From Armatimonadota bacterium (GTDB lineage: Bacteria; Armatimonadota; HRBIN16): a stretch of DNA of 64,000 nucleotides. A model generated the notes under the pieces. It worked only from the letters and a program-made list of their open reading frames with translations. It was not told the origin of the DNA and searched no databases. Below are positions 1 through 8,537 of the stretch, piece after piece; the stretch's first letter is position 1, and each line of letters opens with the position of its first letter. Both the position numbers and the translations under genes were made by a program. The stretch is from NCBI GenBank assembly GCA_963677485.1, contig OY781964.1, forward strand, positions 2,560,001 to 2,624,000, written 5' to 3'.

Positions 1-957
1 TATGGCTACTTCTCACCATGGAACCTGCCTAACCTGCCGGAAGGACCTGAAGGCAAGTATCTGACAGATCACCTGGGCGATGAAGCGGTCAGGCTCATTG
101 AGCAGAACGACGGCACCCCCTTCTTCATGCACCTGAGCCACTACGCGGTTCATCACCCCCTGCAGGCACCCGCTGAGCTGGTGGCGAAATATAAGCAGAA
201 GGCCATCGACATGGGCCTGGACAAGATGAAAGTGTTGGAAGAGGGAGAGCCCTTCCACACCGAGGACAAGAAGGGGATGCGTATCCTGCGACGGCTGGTA
301 CAGTCGCACCCGGTGTATGCGGCGATGATCGAATCGATGGATACCAGCGTCGGCCGGGTTGTCGAAGCTTTGGAGCGCACCGGTCAGTTGGACAACACGT
401 TAATAGTGTTCACCTCTGACAACGGCGGCGTGGCGACCTCGGAGGGATCGCCCACCACCAACCTGCCCCTGATCGAGGGGAAGGGCTGGATGTATGAGGG
501 GGGAACCCGTGTGGCCTTCCTGGCTTCCTGGCCCAGCGTGATCGCCGCAGGCTCGCAGTGCGATCTGCCGATCACCAGCCCGGACCTCTACCCCACCTTC
601 CTTGAGGCGGCTGGTCTGCCGCTCAGGCCTGAGCAGCACTCCGACGGTGTCAGCCTGTTGCCCGCTCTGCATGGCGAGACCGAGTTATCCCGGGACGCGC
701 TGTTCTGGCACTATCCGCACTATGGCAACCAGGGCGGCACCCCCGGATGCAGCATCCGCAAGGGCGATTATAAGCTGATCCACTTCTTTGAAGATGACCG
801 GTTGGAACTCTACAACCTGGTAGATGACGTGAGTGAGCAGCATAACCTGGCCGATGAGCTGCCCGTTGTGGCCACCGAGCTCCACCGCGAGCTGTGGAAC
901 TGGATCGAGAGCGTGAATGCCCAAATCCCGCAGCCCAACCCCGACTGGAAGGGGTAG
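1..957 (+). CDS. Arylsulfatase-family sulfatase, 5'-truncated by the window edge
   Basis: Frame is open from base 1 (YGYFSPW...YLTDHL). Sulfatase motifs YAAMIESMD, VFTSDNGG, GKGWMYEGGTRV and ELYNLVDDVSEQHNLA. Confidence 0.93.
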   Translation, partial: YGYFSPWNLPNLPEGPEGKYLTDHLGDEAVRLIEQNDGTPFFMHLSHYAVHHPLQAPAELVAKYKQKAIDMGLDKMKVLEEGEPFHTEDKKGMRILRRLVQSHPVYAAMIESMDTSVGRVVEALERTGQLDNTLIVFTSDNGGVATSEGSPTTNLPLIEGKGWMYEGGTRVAFLASWPSVIAAGSQCDLPITSPDLYPTFLEAAGLPLRPEQHSDGVSLLPALHGETELSRDALFWHYPHYGNQGGTPGCSIRKGDYKLIHFFEDDRLELYNLVDDVSEQHNLADELPVVATELHRELWNWIESVNAQIPQPNPDWKG

Positions 958-970
958 AGCAGCGTGTTCG

Positions 971-1366
971 TCTGAACCACGGATGACACGGATGGGACCC
1001 AACGCAAAGGCGCAAGGGTGCAAGGACGCAAAGGGGTTTGTCTGAACCACGAATTACGCGGATTTACAGGATGACACGGATGGGGAGGTGTCATCGCAAA
1101 GGGAAGTCCCTGGGAACGCCAATCGCCTGATTGGCCTCCCTTCCCATTCGTGTACATTCGTGTCTATTAGTGGTTAATAAATCCGGAATTGTAACCACGA
1201 ATGAACACAAATAAACACGAATATCGGCCTCCTTCTCCATCCTTACCATCCGTGAAATCCGTGGTTCAGATAAAATATAGCGTCAATAAAATCCCCCTGC
1301 ACCTTTGCCACCTTGCGTCTTTGCGTTGGATTCCATCCCACCCATCCCCCTCATCTGTGGTTCAGA
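971..1366. repeat. Nested cluster of short inverted repeat arms built from 8-10 nt tandem units
   Basis: TCTGAACCACGGAT arms at 971 and 1041 with reverse copies ending 1270 and 1366. AACGCAAAG arm at 1001, reverse ending 1327. AACCACGAAT arm at 1193, reverse ending 1175. Confidence 0.9.
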
Positions 1367-1531
1367 TGGCTTCACCAAGAATTTACTGATATCCACTCGG
1401 TACAGTGCTTCAATCCCCAACTATATAAAGTATAATAATACATCAAACATCTCTATATTTCGTATCATACTACACATACACATTGCGTGAGGAACGCAAC
1501 GATCTGACGGAACTGAGCCGGAGGTCAAGCT

Positions 1532-3166
1532 ATGTATCGTATTACTTCAATGGGTGCGGTCATACATATCATACTACTGGCCCTACTGACGGCAACCCTG
1601 CCACAAGCGGTTGCTGCGGATGTGCCTGCCCCTACCATCACATCATTCACGCCCAATAGTGCTTATGTGGGTGAGTATGGCGATGTCGTCACTATTACCG
1701 GCGTGCATTTCACCGGCACCACACGGGTTGCATTTAACTACAATGCGCTTGTAGCTACTTTTACGGTAGATAATGACACGACCATCAGGACGATCGTGCC
1801 CGAAGGAGTCATGACGGATGTGATCTGCGTGACGACTCCAGGCGGCACCGCATTAAGCCCAGGTAATTTTACTGTGATGCCCATACCTGGTCCGACCATC
1901 GCCTCCTTCTCGCCGGACAGGGCATATGTGGGTGAATACGGGCAGACGGTGACCATCAAAGGCACCAATTTCAATGGAGCCGGACGGAATTTCACAGGCA
2001 CCACCAGAGTGGCGTTTAACTATAACGCACTACCTGCTGAGTTCAAGGTCATCGATGACACCACCATCGAAGCCATCGTTCCTGAGGGTGTGATGACGGA
2101 GGTGATCTGTGTGGTCACCGCAGGCGGCACCGCCCTCAGTCCATATGGCTTTACTGTGATGCCCATCCCACAACCCACCATTACCTCCTTCTCACCGGAC
2201 ACAGCCTATGTGGGTGAGCATGGGCAGACAGTGACCATCAAAGGTACCTATTTCAATGGGGCCGGACGCAATTTCACAGGCACCACCAGGGTGGCGTTCA
2301 ACTACAATGCATTACCCGCTGAGTTCACTGTCATCGATGACACGACGATCAAGGCCATCGTTCCCGAAGGTGTGATGACGGATGTGATCTGTGTGGTCAC
2401 CTCAGGCGGCACCGCCCTCAGCCCATATGCCTTCAAAGTGGTGCCCATACCCCCTCCGAGCATATCCTCCTTTACGCCAGACAACGCGCAAGAGGGGGTC
2501 TTTGGACAGAAAATAACCATCCGCGGCACAGGGTTCAAAGGAGCCGGACATAACTTCACAGGCACCACGCAAGTGGCGTTCAACCATGGTGCCTTGATCG
2601 CGAGCTTCACAGTGATTGATGCCTCCACCATCGAAGCGGTGGTGCCGGAGGGTGTCGTGACCGACTACATCAGCGTGGTCACCTCAGGCGGCACCGCCAC
2701 AAGCAATACGCCTTTCATCGTCTGGCAGCCGGTCACGTTGAATGTGGCGGTATATCCCGGTGCTGAGTATCTGGGCAGCATCAATGGTATGGGGCTATCT
2801 TATAGGCTGGTGGGTACGAAAGCATACGCAGGTTCACTCGATCTGAATGGTAATGGCGTCATGACGATCACCGGTTTGCGGCCCGGCAGTTACAAGCTGA
2901 GCATTTACGGCAGCCACTGGCTGGTCAGCACCACAATGCATGAATATGCCATACCCGAAACTGGTTTGATACAACTGTCACTTGCGAACGGTGATGCAGA
3001 TGGCGACAACCGCGTGAACCTGTTTGACTTCGTGGTGCTAGACACCAAATTCGGAACATCCAATTCCATGGCTGATCTTGACGGCGACGGTACGGTCAAT
3101 CTATTTGACTACGTGATCATCGACAGATACTTTGGTGCCCAGGGAGACACGTTTCTCCACCAGTGA
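1532..3166 (+). CDS. Secreted protein with four IPT/TIG repeats and a C-terminal dockerin-like (double EF-hand) domain
   Basis: Signal peptide; four repeats PTITSFTP...VTITG..FTGTT.VAF...I.A.VPEGV.T..I.V.T.GGTA; C-terminal GDADGDNRVNLFDF...DLDGDGTVNLFDY. RBS GGAGG. Confidence 0.88.
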   Translation: MYRITSMGAVIHIILLALLTATLPQAVAADVPAPTITSFTPNSAYVGEYGDVVTITGVHFTGTTRVAFNYNALVATFTVDNDTTIRTIVPEGVMTDVICVTTPGGTALSPGNFTVMPIPGPTIASFSPDRAYVGEYGQTVTIKGTNFNGAGRNFTGTTRVAFNYNALPAEFKVIDDTTIEAIVPEGVMTEVICVVTAGGTALSPYGFTVMPIPQPTITSFSPDTAYVGEHGQTVTIKGTYFNGAGRNFTGTTRVAFNYNALPAEFTVIDDTTIKAIVPEGVMTDVICVVTSGGTALSPYAFKVVPIPPPSISSFTPDNAQEGVFGQKITIRGTGFKGAGHNFTGTTQVAFNHGALIASFTVIDASTIEAVVPEGVVTDYISVVTSGGTATSNTPFIVWQPVTLNVAVYPGAEYLGSINGMGLSYRLVGTKAYAGSLDLNGNGVMTITGLRPGSYKLSIYGSHWLVSTTMHEYAIPETGLIQLSLANGDADGDNRVNLFDFVVLDTKFGTSNSMADLDGDGTVNLFDYVIIDRYFGAQGDTFLHQ

Positions 3167-3344
3167 CCAAGATCAACCCCAAAGATGGTGTGAGTGCCGG
3201 TTGGTGAGTTCACAATGGCGTATGTGCCCCGTGTGTGTTGATTGAACTAGCAAAACCGATGCGCTAACCGCAACCATGAATTTGTGCGCTGGATTGGTCG
3301 GATGCGTCCGATCCGACCGATCTAGCCTCATGTACCCGAAAACT

Positions 3345-4490
3345 TCACCCGCTGCCGTTGAGCCAGCGTTTGATGGCCGCGATGACGCCGGGGGTGCGTG
3401 CGCTGAACTGGTGGCCTTCCGGTTCCCACCAGCCGTAGACGCACATCATCACCGCCCCCTCGCGCGTCAGGCTGTCCAGGTGCGCATTCGCACCCTTCTC
3501 GGTGCGGCTGTTGTTGCCAAACTCCATCTCCACCGCACCCCAGTCAGGCTGGCGCATCTTGCGGAAATCATCGCCGATCACCTTGATGTCACAAACCCCA
3601 TCCATCACGGTCACACCCGGACGGCAGCTGGGGTTCACGGCAGTCGACAGAGGCAGCACACAGCCGTTGTCTGCCAGCACCTTCGGGATGTTCGGGGTGG
3701 TGATCGCGCCGGTCAAGTGCGTGTATATCCGCTGCTTCGGCAAACCAGCCCTCAAGCAGAGGCTTGCCCAAAACTCGCTGAAATCATGCACCACATCGGT
3801 CAGTATCTCACGGCGAACCTGCTTCGGTGTGATGCCTTTCTTCATGGCCAGCTTTTCGATCTTCGCGGCATTGTAGCCGCGCGTTGTGAGTGCGGCGAAT
3901 CCGGTTTCGATGAGGTCTTCGGCTCCGAATTTCACTTTTCCATCTTGAGGCCAGCTCGCAGGGTCATCCAGACCACACACGGTGGCGTCGTAGAAGCCGG
4001 TTTCCCAGCCAGTCACCACGCCTGCGAACAGATACTCTCGACCCTCTTTACGCCACCGCTTGAGTCGATCGACGATGGGGGGCAGTATCCACTTTGTGAG
4101 CCGCATTTTGATGTCTGCACGCACTTTTGGGCTCTCGAAGTTCCGAGGGGCCTCGACCCGGAACCATGTGCCCCAGTTGATCCATCGGCTTTTGGCGATG
4201 GGGCCTGTCTTGCTGCCAGTCGATGGCCAGTCGCTCCACTCCACCTCGGAGGGGTCGGCACTGGGTGCCGGGTAGTTCCAGTCGTCCATATGGATGAGCA
4301 CTGGGTAGCCGGTTTTTTCCGCTTTGTCCAACACGGAGATCACCTGTGTGCGGAGCTGCTCAGGTGGCGTGTTCAAGGTGTAAAGCACGGTTCCGAAGCC
4401 TATCTGCCGCGGCTTTTTAGGATCTGCCGCAGGAAAACACTGGCTGAAGCTCTCAGTATCGCCCAGGATGATGAAGTATTTAGTGTCCAC
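3345..4490 (-). CDS. Hypothetical protein, possibly a glycoside-hydrolase-like TIM barrel
   Basis: 381-aa ORF with AAGGGGG RBS before the GTG start. Trp-rich, with GVVTGWETG and WGAVE segments reminiscent of clan GH-A catalytic strands. Confidence 0.6.
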   Translation of the reverse strand: MDTKYFIILGDTESFSQCFPAADPKKPRQIGFGTVLYTLNTPPEQLRTQVISVLDKAEKTGYPVLIHMDDWNYPAPSADPSEVEWSDWPSTGSKTGPIAKSRWINWGTWFRVEAPRNFESPKVRADIKMRLTKWILPPIVDRLKRWRKEGREYLFAGVVTGWETGFYDATVCGLDDPASWPQDGKVKFGAEDLIETGFAALTTRGYNAAKIEKLAMKKGITPKQVRREILTDVVHDFSEFWASLCLRAGLPKQRIYTHLTGAITTPNIPKVLADNGCVLPLSTAVNPSCRPGVTVMDGVCDIKVIGDDFRKMRQPDWGAVEMEFGNNSRTEKGANAHLDSLTREGAVMMCVYGWWEPEGHQFSARTPGVIAAIKRWLNGSG

Positions 4491-4612
4491 GATGCCCCCT
4501 TAACCGCCGTTCAGCGGATCGTATAGAGATAGTATAGATGAAAAACATTCGAGAGTACCACATCCTACTCGTCCTACTCATCTGATCTGTCATCACCCGG
4601 TGCATATACCCG

Positions 4613-5941
4613 CTAACCGCCCACCTTCGGCAGCCAAACGGTGACTGTGGTGCCTTTGCCCTGCTCGCTCTCGATCGCGAGCTTGCCGCCATGCGCCTCG
4701 ACCATCCGGCGGGCGAGGCTGAGGCCCAGACCGATGTGGTTGTCGCCAGGTGATCTCGCGGCATTCACACGGTAGAATGAGTCCAATATGCGTGGAAGGT
4801 GTTCCGCTGGAATGCCCACACCGTTGTCAGAAATGGTCACGCACACGGGGTCGCCATCGGTGATGACCGCTCGCACCGTGGCCCCCTGACCCGCATAGCT
4901 GATCGCATTGCCCACGATGTTGTCCAGCACCTGGGTGATGCGGTCCGCATCCACCATCGCCTTCACTTGCACAGAGGAATCCACAGGCTGCAGCGTGATG
5001 CCTGCCTGTTGGGCGTCCGCTTCATAAGAGTTGAAAACCGCGGCCACGAGAACCTGCAGATCGGCTTCGGATTTGCTCACGGGCAGTTGGTCCAGATCAA
5101 GCTCTACCAGAGCCATCACCTCCTGAACCAGCCTCAGCATCCGCTCGGATGTTCGTACCAGCACCGACACCGCCCGATCCCTGCGCTCAGGCTCTTGGGC
5201 CAGACCATCCTGCAGAGCACCGGCCATGGTGCGCATGGTGGTCACCGGACTGCGCAGCTCGTGCGCCACATCCGCCAGGAACTGCCGTTGACGCCTGGCG
5301 TCCTCTTCCAGACCGCTGATGTGCTGCGACACCTCTTGCGCCATATCGTTCATGGCTGCTGCCACTACCGAAAACTCGCTTGTGCCCATGGCGGGCAACC
5401 GATAATTGTAGTTTTTAGACCGGAAGCTGCGGGCCCCATCGGCAAGCTGCATCAACGGACGGGTCAGCCGACGCCCCAGCCAGACAGCAGCCAGTATCGC
5501 CAGGCTGACCGCGATCACTAGCCGAAGCAGCACCCAGCGGATATCCTGAGGTGTGAACAGCCCGGGCGGGCGATCCCCACCACCGCCACCACCTCTGCGC
5601 GGGCGGTCACCGGGGGCATCGGCACCGGGCTCGATGATGGGAGGAACACGGTCTGGCGCACCCATCCCCTGATGTCTGCCTTGAGCTTGGTTATTATCAG
5701 TGGCGAGTCTGGGGGAGTGGGGCGGACGGCCCATGATGAAATCCCAAAATCCAAACGTCGGCTCCGGCATAGGCTGAGGGTATGCCGCCGGATAGGCCAG
5801 CATCTGCTGCCGCATCGACTTCATGCCCAGGTAGTTGATGTAGTTGGCCAGGCCTGTGCTTAGCACCCAGCTTAGCAGGATGGTGACTAATACCGCCATC
5901 GCGACCTGAAATCGCACACTATCCTTCGGGACGGTAAGCAT
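4613..5941 (-). CDS. HAMP-domain sensor histidine kinase (BaeS/CusS-like)
   Basis: Two TM segments, HAMP domain, H-box FLADVAHELRSP, N-box NIVGNAISY, G boxes DNGVGI and GLGLSL. Confidence 0.95.
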   Translation of the reverse strand: MLTVPKDSVRFQVAMAVLVTILLSWVLSTGLANYINYLGMKSMRQQMLAYPAAYPQPMPEPTFGFWDFIMGRPPHSPRLATDNNQAQGRHQGMGAPDRVPPIIEPGADAPGDRPRRGGGGGGDRPPGLFTPQDIRWVLLRLVIAVSLAILAAVWLGRRLTRPLMQLADGARSFRSKNYNYRLPAMGTSEFSVVAAAMNDMAQEVSQHISGLEEDARRQRQFLADVAHELRSPVTTMRTMAGALQDGLAQEPERRDRAVSVLVRTSERMLRLVQEVMALVELDLDQLPVSKSEADLQVLVAAVFNSYEADAQQAGITLQPVDSSVQVKAMVDADRITQVLDNIVGNAISYAGQGATVRAVITDGDPVCVTISDNGVGIPAEHLPRILDSFYRVNAARSPGDNHIGLGLSLARRMVEAHGGKLAIESEQGKGTTVTVWLPKVGG

Positions 5942-6632
5942 ACCCCACCCCCCTGATAGCCACTATCGGCAGGTCACTGCATCCCGCGGCCGAAAGCCGC
6001 TCTCTCATGCGGTAGATCAGGTTATCTACCAGCCGCAACTCACCGAAAAACTCACCACCCCATACCACCTCAACCAACTGCTCGCGGGTGAACACGATAT
6101 GAGGCTGTTTCATCAATGCCACCAGCAGCTCAAACTGCATGGCGGTCAGTTCGATGTTGGTGTCACCAACAGCCACGCGGTGTTCGTCCACAAATACCGC
6201 AAGGTTCTTCCATCTATAGCTCGGGCTGGCGACAGTGCCTTTGGACATGCGCCGGATCAGTGCCTTCACCCTGGCCACCAGTTCCAGCGCGTGAAACGGC
6301 TTCGTGACGTAGTCATCAGCACCCAGCTGGAAGGCACGCACCTTGTCGATCTCCAGGTTCTTGGCAGAAAGCATCATCACCATCACATCGGATTCTGCGG
6401 TGATGGTCTCACATACCTTCAAGCCATCGATCCCGGGCATCATGATGTCCAGGATCACCAGGTCGGGCTTGTTCTCCCGAAAGCGGGCGAGGGCGCTCTC
6501 ACCATCATTGGCCACCACTACCTCGAAGTTTTCGGCTTCCAGATACCAGCGCAGGCCTTCTATCAGGTCTGCATCATCGTCCACTATCAAAATCTGGTTT
6601 GGCACCGTGGTCACCACTCTTCCTAAGCGCAT
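5919..6632 (-). CDS. OmpR/PhoB-family response regulator (true start may be GTG at 6605)
   Basis: ILIVDDD, LDIMMPG, GADDYVTKPF and C-terminal winged helix ending IRGVGY. Overlaps the kinase start. Confidence 0.95.
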   Translation of the reverse strand: MRLGRVVTTVPNQILIVDDDADLIEGLRWYLEAENFEVVVANDGESALARFRENKPDLVILDIMMPGIDGLKVCETITAESDVMVMMLSAKNLEIDKVRAFQLGADDYVTKPFHALELVARVKALIRRMSKGTVASPSYRWKNLAVFVDEHRVAVGDTNIELTAMQFELLVALMKQPHIVFTREQLVEVVWGGEFFGELRLVDNLIYRMRERLSAAGCSDLPIVAIRGVGYAYRPEG

Positions 6633-6715
6633 CGAACAAGCTCATTGTAGCATTGTGCTGATATGAAGGCAATCCATATATCGTTGCAATAAGGCTGACC
6701 ACAGAAGGCGGATCA

Positions 6716-6760
6716 AACTGCGATGGAACCGCGATTTTACATTATGAACTCTGCCATAAT
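6716..6760 (+). promoter_or_regulatory. Putative OmpR-family direct-repeat box plus extended -10 for the Met-rich gene
   Basis: AACTGCGAT (6716) and AACCGCGAT (6727), 11 bp apart, upstream of TGcCATAAT (6752-6760). Confidence 0.5.
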
Positions 6761-6836
6761 AGCAGTGTCTATCTATATAGAGAGTTCTACAATGAATGAC
6801 TCTGAGAACGCACCCTAACGAACAGGAGCAACCGAA

Positions 6837-7844
6837 ATGAAGAGCCTGAAACTGATATCCGCCGCAGGATTGGCCGTGATACTGTGTAGCAGCATCGCCG
6901 CGGTGGGCAATGCACAGCAGCCCCCCGGCGGGAGTGGCCCGATGCCGGGGATGGGTCCGCAGATGGGCCCGATGAACATGCCTCAGATGATGCCAGGAAT
7001 CACCAAGGTGGGCGTGAAGGGTGTGTTCACACTCACGGGGAGCACGCTCAGCAAGTTGAGCCTGATCACACTGAAAAAGATTACCAGCGTGGAGCTGGTG
7101 CAGATACCCCCCACAACCCAGCCCTCCGGAGTCGGTGGAATGAGCGGGATGAGCGGGATGAGCGGGATGTCGATGATGATGGCCATGCAGCCGTCCAGAT
7201 CGGTGATGGTCCTCACCTCAGATAAAACCCTGGTCGTGCTCGGTGACCAGTTCTTTAGTGTCGATGCTGCCACGATGAAAATCGTGGGTAAAGCCACACT
7301 GCCTATGCCCGCACCCTCGATGCCCGGTATGCAAAACATGCCGATGATGCCTGGAATGATGGGTCCAGGCAGTTCTATGCCCGGAAACCCCAATCAGCAG
7401 ATGCCAGGTATGATGCCTGGTATGCAGGGCGACCCCAACCAGCCGATGCCTGGCATGATGCCCGGTATGCAGGGCGACCCCAATCAGCAGATGCCCGGCA
7501 TGATGTCCGGTATGCCTGGTGACCCCAACCAGCCGATGCCAGGCATGATGCCCGGTGGCGGACCACAGCAGCCAATGCCCGGCATGATGCCCGGTGGTGG
7601 ACCACAGCAGCCAATGTCCGGCATGATGCCCGGTGGTGGGCCACAGCAGCAAATTCCAATGATGATGAGTATGATGATGATGCGTCAGGGAATGCAGATG
7701 CCGTCGTCGCAAACGACCATCGAGGTTCAAGGCACCACAGCGTATGTCATCACCGGCTCTACGGTGGTCGCGGTGAATATCAACAACGGCAAGATCACAG
7801 GCACCAACCTGCCGGCAGCCCTAAAACCACCGGTTAGGAAGTAA
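6837..7844 (+). CDS. Secreted Met/Pro/Gly/Gln-rich low-complexity protein
   Basis: Signal peptide and AGGAG RBS. Tandem repeats GDPNQ(Q/P)MPGMM(P/S)GM x4, GGGPQQPMxGMMP x3 and GMS x4. Confidence 0.85.
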   Translation: MKSLKLISAAGLAVILCSSIAAVGNAQQPPGGSGPMPGMGPQMGPMNMPQMMPGITKVGVKGVFTLTGSTLSKLSLITLKKITSVELVQIPPTTQPSGVGGMSGMSGMSGMSMMMAMQPSRSVMVLTSDKTLVVLGDQFFSVDAATMKIVGKATLPMPAPSMPGMQNMPMMPGMMGPGSSMPGNPNQQMPGMMPGMQGDPNQPMPGMMPGMQGDPNQQMPGMMSGMPGDPNQPMPGMMPGGGPQQPMPGMMPGGGPQQPMSGMMPGGGPQQQIPMMMSMMMMRQGMQMPSSQTTIEVQGTTAYVITGSTVVAVNINNGKITGTNLPAALKPPVRK

Positions 7845-7861
7845 CCTGTTCGGTGCCTTTC

Positions 7862-7891
7862 GGGCGAACGGAGCGATCCGTTCGCCCATTT
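7862..7891 (+). terminator. Intrinsic terminator
   Basis: 11-bp stem GGGCGAACGGA/TCCGTTCGCCC with GCGA loop, followed by ATTTT, just after the stop codon. Confidence 0.75.
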
Positions 7892-7984
7892 TACTACTCA
7901 GCCATAGGGTAAGAAATCGCCCGTGTTGGCACGGCATCTGAAGAGGTGCGACCCCCGTTCGGGGGTAAACACTACGACTTTTGA

Positions 7985-8041
7985 CCAGGGGTATCGCTGC
8001 GCTCACCCCTGGCTATAAGAATCTTACCCACTTCGTGGGTG
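7985..8041. repeat. REP-like palindromic repeat (CCAGGGG..CCCCTGGCTATA..CCCACTTCGTGGG family)
   Basis: Near-identical reverse copies at about 20305-20364 and 47607-47667. Confidence 0.8.
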
Positions 8042-8080
8042 TCCGGAGGGATGGCTGTCCGCCTTTATTGCAGCCGATCG

Positions 8081-8482
8081 TTGCCTATGTCCGGGGCGGT
8101 CTGTGCGCAGGCTAATGGCTGCAGAAGGCTCAAGACCGCGCCGGTCTGGCGGTTAGCCATGAAAGATATGTGTCAGGAAAAACCCGGCCGGTCTATAGAC
8201 AGTCTATTACCCACAAATCCAGTTGGGATCGTATCGACCATGTGCCGCGACATAAATGTCTCGGCTACTGATCAACAAGCCCGCTAAACCGGGCTGCGGA
8301 GCTCCTTGCCGACAAAGATAACGTTAATGAAGACTGCTTCAGCAGTCTTGGTGTTCAATAACCGAGACATTTATGTCGCGGAATCGGTGACCTACTGGCC
8401 ATGCGGTATTTGTGGGTAATAGACTGGTCTATAGGCAGTGGCCTCCGCAGGCGTGCTGACAGACTGCCCCGGACATAGCCAA
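8081..8482. mobile_element. MITE-like element (TIR TTGCCTAxGTCCGGGGCGGTCTG) carrying a nested insertion
   Basis: Same ends and body as the uninterrupted ~168-bp copies at 28805 and 31502. Confidence 0.8.
8200..8426. mobile_element. 227-bp non-autonomous element with a perfect 19-bp TIR and a 9-bp target duplication
   Basis: CAGTCTATTACCCACAAAT (8200-8218) and its reverse complement (8408-8426), flanked by GTCTATAGA and GTCTATAGG. Confidence 0.8.
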
Positions 8483-8537
8483 CCAAGTCAGTTCAAGAAG
8501 AAGGAACCTTGATGGCGCACGGCGTAATGTAAGAAAA

